A DNA stretch of 64,000 nt from Gemmatimonadota bacterium (GTDB lineage: Bacteria > Gemmatimonadota > Gemmatimonadetes > Longimicrobiales > Gaopeijiaceae), in NCBI GenBank assembly GCA_039589315.1, contig JBDHHQ010000013.1, positions 64,001-128,000 of the forward strand, written 5' to 3'. This document shows positions 7,180 to 16,143 of the stretch, one piece after another. Position numbers and translations under genes: made by a program. The notes beneath the pieces are model-generated. The model was given only the letters and a program-made list of their open reading frames with translations, ran no database searches and was not told the DNA's origin. Each line of letters begins with the position of its first letter. Position 1 is the first letter of the stretch.

Positions 7180-8385
7180 CTAGAAGGCCTCCACGACCAC
7201 GGCACCACCCTGACCGCCGCCGATGCAGGCGGAGCCCAGGCCGTATCGTCCTCCGCGACGGCGGAGCTCGTGGAGCAGGTGAATCGTGATCCGCGCCCCG
7301 GAGGCGGCCAGCGGGTGGGTGATGGCAATGGCGCCGCCATTCACGTTGGTCCTCTCCGGATCCAATCCGAGCTCCTTCTCCACGGCCTTGTACTGAGGAG
7401 CGAACGCCTCGTTGATCTCGACCAGATCCATGTCGTCCAGCGAAAGGGCCGCCCTGGCCAGCGCGGCCCGCGAGGCCGGGGCCGGTCCGATGCCCATCAC
7501 AGTCGGATCGACGCCCACGAACGACCAGGAGACGAGCCGCCCCAACGGCGTCAGGCCCCGGTCCTCTGCCCACCCGGCGCTGGCCAGCACGGCGCTGGCG
7601 GCACCGTCGCCGATGCCACTCGCGTTGCCGGCGGTCACCAGCCCGTCCTTCCGGAAGTAGGGCTGCAGAGACGCCAGGGCCTCCGGCGTGGTGTCGGGAC
7701 GCATGTGCTCGTCGGCCGCGAACTCGACATCGCCCTTACGTGTGCGGATTGTGATCGGCACGACCTCCTCGTCGAACAAGCCCCCGTCCCAGGCAGCCTT
7801 CGCACGACGCTGACTGTCGAGCGCCACCCGGTCGGCTTCTTCCCGAGTGACCTCGTATCGGTCGGCCAGCCCCTCGGCGGTCTGGGCCATGGTCAGATTG
7901 CAGCCGGTATCGAGCAGCGACTGCCAGAGAAGATCCTCGAAGTACTCGTTGGGTGCGCCCAGGCGCAGCTTGCCCCAGCGAGCGCCCCGAAGAACGTGGG
8001 GCGCCTGACTCATGGACTCGGTGCCTCCGGCCAGGACGACGTCCGCCTGACCCAGGAGGATCTCTTGTGCACCAGAGACGATAGCCTGAAAGCCGGATCC
8101 GCAGAGGCGGTTCAGGGTCAGGGCCGGGACCTCCTGAGGGACGCCGGCCCGAAGACCCACGTGACGAGCGAGGTAGATGGCGTCCGACGACGTCTGGAGC
8201 GCGTTGCCGTAGACGACGTGCTGGACGTCATCCGGGCGCACGCCTGCCGCCTCCATGGCCGCCTTTCCTGATACGACTGCGAGATCCGTGGCGCTGAAGT
8301 CCTTGAGGCTTCCACCAAAGCTACCGAAGCCGGTGCGCTTGCCGGACAGGATGACCACGTCCGTGCTCTGGCCCTGCGGTCCCAT
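7180..8385 (-). CDS. Acetyl-CoA C-acyltransferase (thiolase)
   Basis: NRLCGSG, NEAF, NGGAIAITHPLAASG, ACIGGGQG motifs. Confidence 0.96.
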   Translation of the reverse strand: MGPQGQSTDVVILSGKRTGFGSFGGSLKDFSATDLAVVSGKAAMEAAGVRPDDVQHVVYGNALQTSSDAIYLARHVGLRAGVPQEVPALTLNRLCGSGFQAIVSGAQEILLGQADVVLAGGTESMSQAPHVLRGARWGKLRLGAPNEYFEDLLWQSLLDTGCNLTMAQTAEGLADRYEVTREEADRVALDSQRRAKAAWDGGLFDEEVVPITIRTRKGDVEFAADEHMRPDTTPEALASLQPYFRKDGLVTAGNASGIGDGAASAVLASAGWAEDRGLTPLGRLVSWSFVGVDPTVMGIGPAPASRAALARAALSLDDMDLVEINEAFAPQYKAVEKELGLDPERTNVNGGAIAITHPLAASGARITIHLLHELRRRGGRYGLGSACIGGGQGGAVVVEAF

Positions 8386-8691
8386 TGCGGCTCTCTTCCC
8401 CGAGTGTTGGCGCGGAGTCGGCGGACTGTTCTGGGGGATCCGTGGTGGGGCACCACGAACCGCGGCGCAGCGGTGGCGCCGGCCCATTCCAGACCCGCCA
8501 CGCTGGACCCTCGATGGTCGGCATCATGGCTACACCTGGCAGACCGTTCGGTTCACCACTTCGGGTCCGCGAATGCAACGACGACGGCCCCACGCTCCGG
8601 AGTCGGAGGTGGGGCCGTCCCATCGTCCGTGGGTTCGCCGCGGAGGCCGCGCGCGTCGCCACCTCCGGAGACAGTGCCGCAGAGAGTACGT

Positions 8692-9771
8692 CTACACGAA
8701 CTCCTCCGGCAGCGCATCCTGAAGGTACTGTTTGAACGTCTGCTTGTTGTTGGACCGCATGTAGGCTTCGGTGGCGTCGATGGCACCGGACATGAGGAAC
8801 TCCATGATGTGCTGGTCCAACAGCTGCATCCCGTCCTTCTTGCCCGTCTGGATGATCGAAGGGATCTGGTGGATCTTGCCCTCCCGCACGAGGTTCGCCA
8901 CCGCCGAGGTGCCGACCATGATCTCCATGGCGGCCACCCGGCCCGTGCCGCCCTTCCGCCGCAGCAACACCTGCGAGATGACGCCCTTCAGCGTATCCGC
9001 CAGCATGGCCCGGATCTGGTCTTGCTGGTCCGCGGGGAAGACGTCGATGATCCGGTCCACGGTCTTGGGCGACGAGTTGGTGTGCAGCGTGCCGAATACC
9101 AGGTGCCCCGTCTCGGCCGCGGTGATGCCCAGCTCTATGGTCTCCCGGTCGCGCATCTCGCCCACGAGGATCACGTCCGGGTCTTCGCGTAGCGCCGCTC
9201 TCAGCGCGTTGGCGAAGCTCCGAGTGTTGCTCCCCACCTCGCGCTGATTCACGAGGCACTTCTTGTTCTCGTGCGTGAACTCGATGGGGTCCTCGATCGT
9301 GAGAATGTGGTCGGAGCGCTGCTCGTTGATCAGGTCCACCATGGCCGCCTGGGTCGTGCTCTTGCCGGAACCGGTGGGACCCGTGACGAGCACCAGGCCC
9401 TTGGTCAGCATGCAGAACCTGCGAACGGCGTCCGGCAGGCCGAGCTGATCCGCCGTCAGGATCTTGGAGGGGATCGTGCGGAGCACCGCGGCGAGGCCCT
9501 TGCGCTGCCAGAAGACGTTGACCCGGAATCGGGCCACGTCCGGGATCTCGTAGGCGAAGTCGAAGTCCATCTGGTCGAGGAAGCGCATGCGCCAGTCCTC
9601 TTCCATGATCTCGTAGACCAGGGTCTCCATGTCCTTGGCGTTCAGCTCTCTGAACTTGACCCGTTGCATGTGGCCGTGGATTCGCATGACCGGCGGAGAG
9701 CCCGTGGACAAGTGGAGGTCCGAGCCCCCCTGCTCGACCAGCACTTTCAAGAATTGATCGATCTGCGGCAT
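8692..9771 (-). CDS. pilT: Type IV pilus retraction ATPase PilT
   Basis: SDLHL, GPTGSGKST, TIEDPIE, LREDPDVILVGEMRD, TGHLVFGTLH, AVANLVRE (AIRNLIRE-like). Confidence 0.95.
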   Translation of the reverse strand: MPQIDQFLKVLVEQGGSDLHLSTGSPPVMRIHGHMQRVKFRELNAKDMETLVYEIMEEDWRMRFLDQMDFDFAYEIPDVARFRVNVFWQRKGLAAVLRTIPSKILTADQLGLPDAVRRFCMLTKGLVLVTGPTGSGKSTTQAAMVDLINEQRSDHILTIEDPIEFTHENKKCLVNQREVGSNTRSFANALRAALREDPDVILVGEMRDRETIELGITAAETGHLVFGTLHTNSSPKTVDRIIDVFPADQQDQIRAMLADTLKGVISQVLLRRKGGTGRVAAMEIMVGTSAVANLVREGKIHQIPSIIQTGKKDGMQLLDQHIMEFLMSGAIDATEAYMRSNNKQTFKQYLQDALPEEFV

Positions 9772-9864
9772 GGTCCTCGCGTCGCGCGCGCCTGGTTACG
9801 GGTTTCGAGGATCGGGTGCTGCGGGCCGTGCTCCTCCGGGGGGGGGTGGAGGAGTCGGACCGTT

Positions 9865-11121
9865 TCAGCTCGACAGAGGGTGCAAGCTCCACTCCACCTG
9901 GCCGTCCGACGGCGACTGAACTCTCAGTTCCCAGCGGATGTCGGCTTCGGTCGATGGCACTCCGCCACCCTCCCAAAAGAGGAAGGTCACGGTCGCCACG
10001 TCGGCGGCCGCCCGCGCCCACTGCGCCGGAGGCCCGCTCAGGTCCACCGTGGCCACGTCGAAGTGGAAGCTTCGCAGAGCCCGCACCGCTGACGCCCTCG
10101 CCTCGGTCTCGCCGCTCACACGGATGGCGAACACGTCCTCGGGGACGGTCCGTTCACGGTCGGTGACGTGGACGCACCGCCAGGATGGCTCGAAGAGCAG
10201 AGCGGGCAGGTAGGGCAGCATCTCGCCGGCCAGCTGGGCCGGCTCGAAGGTCACGGCGAAGCGAGCCGCACCGGTCCGGGCCAGCAGGCGGATCTCGGAC
10301 ACGATGCCGGAGGTGGGGGGTGAGAACCGCTCGTAGAGCGCTGACCGCTCGTGGATCGGCCGAAACAGGTACTCGGTGCCTCCCGGCGATGACAGATAGC
10401 TCACCTGCACCGATGCCACCACGCCCTCTCGGGCCACGTGCGCGGGCCATGTGGCACTCCTGGGCCCGTTGGTCGGCCCCTCGGGAGTCGACGGCGTCAC
10501 GAACTCGGCCAGCTCCTTCTGCCACCGGCTGTTCAGGGCGATGCGCCGCACGGTCCCCCGTTCGTCGTACCAGCCATGAGCCCAAGCGCCGCGCGTCGAG
10601 ATCCCGAATGCCTTGGAGCCGGCATCCAGGGCGGCCGTGAGCACTTCGCCGAGAGACGAGACGGCCCGCTGTCCCTCCTCCGGCACGTCGTCTCGTCCGA
10701 ACACCTTCCGGATGAGCTCACGGATCTTCGCCGCGGGGGCCAGGGCCAGCTCGATCCGCCGGTCGGTCCGGGCCTCGAGCTGGTCCACGGCTTCCGTCTT
10801 GATGGGAGAGTCCACGATCACCGTGAGGGTGTCCGCGGTCTTCATGATGGGCAGCGTGAGGTGTGTGAGCGCCCACTCCGGAGAGACCAGGGATGCCGCC
10901 TCGGGGTCGATGGCCTCGGCCTCTGGGAATACGTAGGGGAGATCGAACTGGGCGGCCAGACCCCACTCCAGCTCCTCGGGCGTCACGTACCCCAGCGCGA
11001 GAAGGGCCTCGCCGAAGTAGCCGCCATGCTCGCCCTGGTACGCGAGGGCTCTGCCCACGTCTTCGTCGTCGATACGGCCGAAGCTCATGAGGATCTGCCC
11101 CAGGGTTCTGCGCTCACCCAT
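9865..11121 (-). CDS. MshEN/GspE N-terminal domain protein lacking ATPase motifs
   Basis: Tandem RTLGQILMSFGRI...ALAYQ and YFGEALLALGYV...GLAAQ motifs; no Walker A. Confidence 0.82.
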   Translation of the reverse strand: MGERRTLGQILMSFGRIDDEDVGRALAYQGEHGGYFGEALLALGYVTPEELEWGLAAQFDLPYVFPEAEAIDPEAASLVSPEWALTHLTLPIMKTADTLTVIVDSPIKTEAVDQLEARTDRRIELALAPAAKIRELIRKVFGRDDVPEEGQRAVSSLGEVLTAALDAGSKAFGISTRGAWAHGWYDERGTVRRIALNSRWQKELAEFVTPSTPEGPTNGPRSATWPAHVAREGVVASVQVSYLSSPGGTEYLFRPIHERSALYERFSPPTSGIVSEIRLLARTGAARFAVTFEPAQLAGEMLPYLPALLFEPSWRCVHVTDRERTVPEDVFAIRVSGETEARASAVRALRSFHFDVATVDLSGPPAQWARAAADVATVTFLFWEGGGVPSTEADIRWELRVQSPSDGQVEWSLHPLSS

Positions 11122-11170
11122 TCTCGGTTCTCCCCCGTGTTGGTCGGCCGGCCCTTTTGTGGCCGACCTC

Positions 11171-12250
11171 TCAGGCCTTTGAGATCTCGCCGGCGATCCA
11201 CTCGCCGACGTCTTCGGTGCTTGCCCCGCCTCCCAGATCCGGCGTCGTGACCCCGGCGCGAATCGACGCGACAGCGGCCTCCTCTACCATCGCAGCAGCA
11301 TCGGCGTGCCCCAGATAATCCAACATGAGCGACACACAACGAATCGCCCCGATGGGGTTCGCACGTCCGGTACCCGCGATGTCCGGCGCGGAGCCATGAA
11401 CCGGTTCGAACAGGCCGTGCCGGCCCGGGTGCAGGCTCGCGGACGCAGCGAGTCCCAGCCCACCCGTCACCGCCGCCGCGAGGTCGCTGATGATGTCGCC
11501 GAACAGATTCGACGCGACGAGAACCGAGTATCGTTCCGGGCGACGCACCAGGTCCATGGCCATGGCGTCCACGTAGACCGCGTCCTGCTCGATGGACGGA
11601 TACGCCTCTCCCACCTGGGCGAAGACGCGGCGCCAGAGTGACCCGGCCGCGGGCATGGCATTGGCTTTGTCCACCAGCGTTACCCGGCTTCGCCGCTTGG
11701 CCGCCGCGTGCTCGAACGCCGCGCGCACGATTCGCTCGACGCCCTTCCTCGTGTTCACGTCCTCCTGGATCGCCACCTCGTCCGGGGAGCCCCGCTTGAA
11801 CACGCCCCCCATGTCGACATAGACGCCCTCGGTGTTCTCCCTGAACACCTCGAGATTGATGTTCCGGTCCGCAGCTCCCTTGAGCGGGGACAACGCCGGC
11901 ACGAGCAGGGTGCACGGCCTGTAGTTGATGTACAGGTCGAGGCGGAAGCGAAGCCCCAGCAGAATATCCCGTGCATGGACGTTGTCCGGGATCCGAGGGT
12001 CACCGAGCGCCCCCAGGAGGATCGCGTCGTGGTCCTCGCTTACGCAGCGGAACTCTTCCTCGGTGATGGTCACGCCTTCGCGCAGATACCGATCGGCGCC
12101 CAGGTCCCACTCGACGGTGTCGATGGCCAGCGCGCACCTCTCGGCTGCCCGTTTCAGGACCCGGGTCGCCTCTCTGGTGACCTCGCGCCCGATTCCGTCC
12201 CCGCCGATGACGGCGATCCGGTCGGATCTACCTGACGAAGATGATCCCAC
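11171..12250 (-). CDS. leuB: 3-isopropylmalate dehydrogenase (isocitrate/isopropylmalate DH family)
   Basis: GGDGIGREV, RENTEG, NLFGDIISD, FEPVHGSAPDIAG. Substrate not certain because no other leu genes are adjacent. Confidence 0.8.
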   Translation of the reverse strand: MGSSSSGRSDRIAVIGGDGIGREVTREATRVLKRAAERCALAIDTVEWDLGADRYLREGVTITEEEFRCVSEDHDAILLGALGDPRIPDNVHARDILLGLRFRLDLYINYRPCTLLVPALSPLKGAADRNINLEVFRENTEGVYVDMGGVFKRGSPDEVAIQEDVNTRKGVERIVRAAFEHAAAKRRSRVTLVDKANAMPAAGSLWRRVFAQVGEAYPSIEQDAVYVDAMAMDLVRRPERYSVLVASNLFGDIISDLAAAVTGGLGLAASASLHPGRHGLFEPVHGSAPDIAGTGRANPIGAIRCVSLMLDYLGHADAAAMVEEAAVASIRAGVTTPDLGGGASTEDVGEWIAGEISKA

Positions 12251-12683
12251 CCGTTGCTTCTCCGTGACCGCTGCTCAGGAATGGATATCGACCCGGCGGC
12301 GCGTTTTCGAAAGTCAGAACGAATCGGCTTCCGAGCCCCAGTAGTGGGGGACTTGCCCCCTGCCCGGTCGTCTCGATGAAGGCTGCCTCCGGCGGGGCGA
12401 GGCTGTCCGCCGGGAACCGGATCGTATGAACGCGTCGATCCACCGTGACGAACTGGACGACCTCACCGACACTGATCTCGAGGCTCGGCGGAACGATGTG
12501 CTCTTCGGAGCCGCGACCGCCCAGCGAGATCGTGTGAACCAGCTCGTCTCCCTGGAGTCCGAGGGCTTCGACGAGGCGAGGGTCGACGTGGCGCTCGGGC
12601 TCCTGTTGGCAGCCGGCCGGCAAGAGGACGAGTGCGAGGGTCAGGGACAGCGAACGGGGCCGGAACCGGAGGCTCGTGCCCAC
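12228..12683 (-). CDS. Cupredoxin-fold lipoprotein
   Basis: GTG after GGAGAAGG; lipobox LPAGC; PPSLEISVGEVVQF...HTI...TFENAPPGRYPF pattern. Confidence 0.75.
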   Translation of the reverse strand: MGTSLRFRPRSLSLTLALVLLPAGCQQEPERHVDPRLVEALGLQGDELVHTISLGGRGSEEHIVPPSLEISVGEVVQFVTVDRRVHTIRFPADSLAPPEAAFIETTGQGASPPLLGLGSRFVLTFENAPPGRYPFLSSGHGEATGGIIFVR

Positions 12684-12751
12684 GCGTTTCCTTCTCCCGG
12701 AGCGGGGCGCGGTCGGGCCGCGCGAGGAGCGGCCGGGAGGGATCGGCGGGC

Positions 12752-13573
12752 TCAGCTCGAAGTGACCTCCGTACCGCACGCCACGCAGAACCGCCACGAG
12801 GGCTCCAGCGCCTCGCCGCACGCGGGACACGGCACCAGCCGGACGTCTCCACCGCAGTGGGGACAGTAGCTCATCCCGGGGCGCTCCGGGAGAAGCTCGC
12901 CACACCAGTTGCACGCTCCTCCCGATCCACCCGGTCCTTCGTCCGGCACGTGCGCCGTCCCAGGCTCGCCGCCGGTAGATCCGGATGGGGAGGCGTCGAT
13001 GGCCCAGATCCGGTTGCCCCTGTCGGCCACGGCAGCGTCGGACGATGCGGCCTCGGGACCGGCGGCTCCGGCGTCGTCCTCCGCCACCCCCCCCTCCGTC
13101 ACGGCTTCGTCACCCTCCACGTCGGCCGCCTCCAACGCCGCCGTGGCTTCGTCGCGACCGTGTCCGGACGCCGGTTCATCCTGGCCGAGGGAGGCGCCGG
13201 TCGCCTGATCACCCAGGTCGGGTCCCACCGAGTCCCGGACCGCCGGGTTGAGCCGCACGTCGACGGCGGCGAACTCCCGGTAGAGCGAGGGGTCGGGGTT
13301 CGAGGACTCGAGCTCCTTGCGGAGCTCGCGGCGGGCTGGCTCGGAGTCCAGGACGAGGTAGTTCCCCTCCCCCGCCAGGAGCCTCAAGAGGGCGTCCTCG
13401 TAATCTCCGTTCATCGTTACGCCGATGACGTTGCGATGCGTGCGGTAAGGGACGAGGTCCTGGTAGATCTCGGCGACCGTGAACGAATGGTCCAGATACT
13501 CGGGGCGCGAGCGGCGAATCTCGTCGACGAGAGCCCTGTGGAAGCGGGCGAGCAGCTCAGGGTCCAGGGGCAT
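12752..13573 (-). CDS. Double zinc-ribbon domain protein
   Basis: C-terminal CNWC/CPHC/CPAC/CVAC; acidic low-complexity linker; start refined to MPLDPE. Confidence 0.85.
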   Translation of the reverse strand: MPLDPELLARFHRALVDEIRRSRPEYLDHSFTVAEIYQDLVPYRTHRNVIGVTMNGDYEDALLRLLAGEGNYLVLDSEPARRELRKELESSNPDPSLYREFAAVDVRLNPAVRDSVGPDLGDQATGASLGQDEPASGHGRDEATAALEAADVEGDEAVTEGGVAEDDAGAAGPEAASSDAAVADRGNRIWAIDASPSGSTGGEPGTAHVPDEGPGGSGGACNWCGELLPERPGMSYCPHCGGDVRLVPCPACGEALEPSWRFCVACGTEVTSS

Positions 13574-13584
13574 CGCGCCGCGTC

Positions 13585-14685
13585 TCAGGACGGATCGTCT
13601 TCGAGCATGAGCATGCCCACGCGGATCGCAGCGCCGAGGAAGCTCTCCGGATCGTTGAACGGCACCTCCACGCCGAATTGATCGTGCCAGCGCTCCGCCA
13701 TCCGGCGCATGTAGTGGGTGATGGTCTCGTGCGAGAAGCCCGCCTGATCCCGCATCTGGCGAACGATCTCGTGCCAGGTGCCCTGGTACACGCGCCCGTC
13801 CTGCTGCCGGACCCGGTGCTGCTGGCCATCGCGCCCACCCCGCTCGAACAGCTCGAGCTGGCTCGGGTCTTCGATGTCCAGAGAGGTCCCCCGGGCCCGT
13901 GCCTCCACCTCGGCCAGGACTCGGTCGATGGGGTCGTCGAACTCCTCGAGCTCGGCGAGTCGGCTCTCCCAGGGGACCAGCCGCGGATCTCCGGTCTCCA
14001 ACTGCCAAAGAGCCCGCTTGAGCTCGATGAGCCGCCACACCGCCAGGGCGTCCCAGTGCTCCGCCGGCGGCACCCCTTCGAACTCGCGGAGAGCGCCCTC
14101 CCAGTCTCCTCGGTCGTAGAGGAGATGTCCGAGGTATACGCGCGCCTCGTGGAGCTCCGGATCCAGACGCAGGGCGCGGCGGATCTGCCGGCCGGCCCCC
14201 ACCTCGTCGCCGAGACGATGGAGGGCGTACCCCAGGGCAGCGGCCGCCTCGGCGTTGCCGGGCCGGGCGGCCGAAGCCTTGGCGAAGACGTCCCGGCACT
14301 CGGCGTACATGGCCTCGCGGTAGAGTGCCCGACCGATGGTGAGCATGAGCTCGACGTCATCGTCGTAGCCCAGGTCGGCCACCCGCCGGAAGAGGCGGAG
14401 CGCCACCTCCCGCTCGCCGAAGCGCAGAAGCGTCTCACCCAGGCCCACGAGGGCGTCTTCATGGGCCGGATCCAGGACGACCGCTCGATCGAAGGCCTGG
14501 CGCGCCCAGGCGAACTCCTCGCGGGCCAATCGGGCGTAGCCGAGTCCTACGTAGAGCTCCACCGCGTTCGGATACAGCGAAAGGCCCTCTTTCAACATCT
14601 CGAGGGCCCCTTCGTAATCACCGTCGTTGTAGAGCTTGTGCGCTCGCTCGTCGTATTCCTCTGAACTGAGGAACGGATCCGGCAT
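13585..14685 (-). CDS. Tetratricopeptide repeat protein
   Basis: Several TPR helical pairs (e.g. ELYVGLGYARLAREEFAWARQAFDRAVVLDP). Confidence 0.9.
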   Translation of the reverse strand: MPDPFLSSEEYDERAHKLYNDGDYEGALEMLKEGLSLYPNAVELYVGLGYARLAREEFAWARQAFDRAVVLDPAHEDALVGLGETLLRFGEREVALRLFRRVADLGYDDDVELMLTIGRALYREAMYAECRDVFAKASAARPGNAEAAAALGYALHRLGDEVGAGRQIRRALRLDPELHEARVYLGHLLYDRGDWEGALREFEGVPPAEHWDALAVWRLIELKRALWQLETGDPRLVPWESRLAELEEFDDPIDRVLAEVEARARGTSLDIEDPSQLELFERGGRDGQQHRVRQQDGRVYQGTWHEIVRQMRDQAGFSHETITHYMRRMAERWHDQFGVEVPFNDPESFLGAAIRVGMLMLEDDPS

Positions 14686-14881
14686 TTACGACAACTCCAG
14701 GGCAAGGAGTCCCGGGCATCCGGGCGTTCTCCGACCGTCGTACGACCGCAATCTAACGGCAGCCGATGCCGGGTACCAGATTCGGATGAGACACCGCGCC
14801 GCGGGTGCGGCACCCCCGGGATGTAGCGCTGGGACGTCGTGTCGCTGGGCTCCCGTTCCGCCGCCCCGTCCCTGGTGTGGA

Positions 14882-15259
14882 CTAGAGGGCCCTACCGAAC
14901 GTCACTCCGCAGGCGGGGCATACCAGCGTGGGCCCGACGCGAGTCAGGCGCCGGCTCTCCCCGTGGCGGGGGCAGGTGGGATCGATACCCTCGAGAAGGC
15001 TCTGCTTCACTTTGGTCTTTTCGGTACGCGTCGCCTTCTTGATGGGCAACTCGTAGCGCAACGACGACGAGTTGCATTCGAGAATGAGCTTCGCAGATCC
15101 GTCCCCCACGCGCTGCACCCGCAGTACCTCCAGGACGCCACCCACGGGAGATCCCATTCTGCTTCCCGCGTAGTAGGCTTTGAGGGTCGCCTTCGGATCG
15201 GGAAGGGCGAGCCCCCCCGTGGCCTCTGACGGTACGCTGTTTCTCGACGCTCTGGTCAT
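14882..15259 (-). CDS. Small hypothetical protein with a putative zinc finger
   Basis: CPRH...CPAC near the C-terminus; start uncertain (15259 or 15157). Confidence 0.7.
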   Translation of the reverse strand: MTRASRNSVPSEATGGLALPDPKATLKAYYAGSRMGSPVGGVLEVLRVQRVGDGSAKLILECNSSSLRYELPIKKATRTEKTKVKQSLLEGIDPTCPRHGESRRLTRVGPTLVCPACGVTFGRAL

Positions 15260-15721
15260 CCCGCTCGAAGCTATTGGGAACTGGTGGGTGTCATGCGGCT
15301 CGGCGGCCGCTGCCGCTGGTGCTGCCCCGAGGGCTGCGGCGCCCTTCTGGCGCCCATCCCTCCACCCAGGCCGCTGAAGGCGGCCGAAGTATACAGTACC
15401 GGCGCCGCTTATCGCCAGCCACCCACCGGAAGGGCGAGATTCCTCGAGCTCGCGGCAATGAGGCCGAGACCGATCCAATTGCGGTCGGATCTACCGAGGG
15501 AGTGCGATCCAGGAGCGCAGAGACGGCTCTCGACCGCCTGGGGGGGCGTTGTGCCGGTACTCTCGCTCCCACCCGTCGCTCCGCGGTGGGCGACCCCTCA
15601 CGCGAAGAGGCGGAGTGCCCATCGCGGCACTCCGCCTCTCTCGCTTCACTCCCGGGGCCCTGCGGCGCCCGGTCGGCTCGCTCGGTCGGCGCTCGTCCTC
15701 GAACGCGTGACCCCTATGTGA

Positions 15722-16000
15722 TCAAGCCGCGTCTATGGTCGCACCGCTCTCGGCCGTCTCCGGCTCCTCGTGGGGAGCTTTGGTCCCGTGGGGGATCGCG
15801 GGCTGACAAAAGCGGATGCCCACTGCGTGAAGCTCCTGGAGGTCACCGTCGGTGAGGTCCGGAAACCGCTCACCCAGGTATTCGATGGTCTCGGCCATCC
15901 ACTGCTCCTGGTCGTCGGGAGCAGCCTGCAGGACGCCGCAGCGGTTGACATGGCTGAATAGCTCGTCTCGAGCTCGGTCCAGGATTTTCTGTCGCGTCAC
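15722..16000 (-). CDS. Hypothetical protein (92 aa)
   Basis: Strong SD AGGAGGAG before GTG; helical globular composition. Confidence 0.82.
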   Translation of the reverse strand: MTRQKILDRARDELFSHVNRCGVLQAAPDDQEQWMAETIEYLGERFPDLTDGDLQELHAVGIRFCQPAIPHGTKAPHEEPETAESGATIDAA

Positions 16001-16060
16001 GCGCTCCTCCTATAATCCGCCAGCTCTCGGACCCCCGGCCCCGGGTCGCTTCGCCAAGCG

Positions 16061-16089
16061 TTGAACAAGTTTTCGCGATGGAAGATAAT
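16061..16089 (+). promoter_or_regulatory. Sigma70-type promoter
   Basis: TTGAAC-N17-GATAAT; supports a start at 16144 rather than 16078. Confidence 0.55.
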
Positions 16090-16143
16090 GAAAGGACCTA
16101 CCGAGTCAAAATCGCCCTGGCCCTGGACAAGACGAGCCTCCTC

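Noticed and set aside
9349..9381. PilT Walker A followed by TTQ instead of TTL
   Set aside because: A single substitution outside the core GxxGxGKS/T; all other motifs are intact.
15386..15398. SOS-box half site TACTGTATA
   Set aside because: No matching second half (CTGT-N8-ACAG absent); more likely a -10 element.
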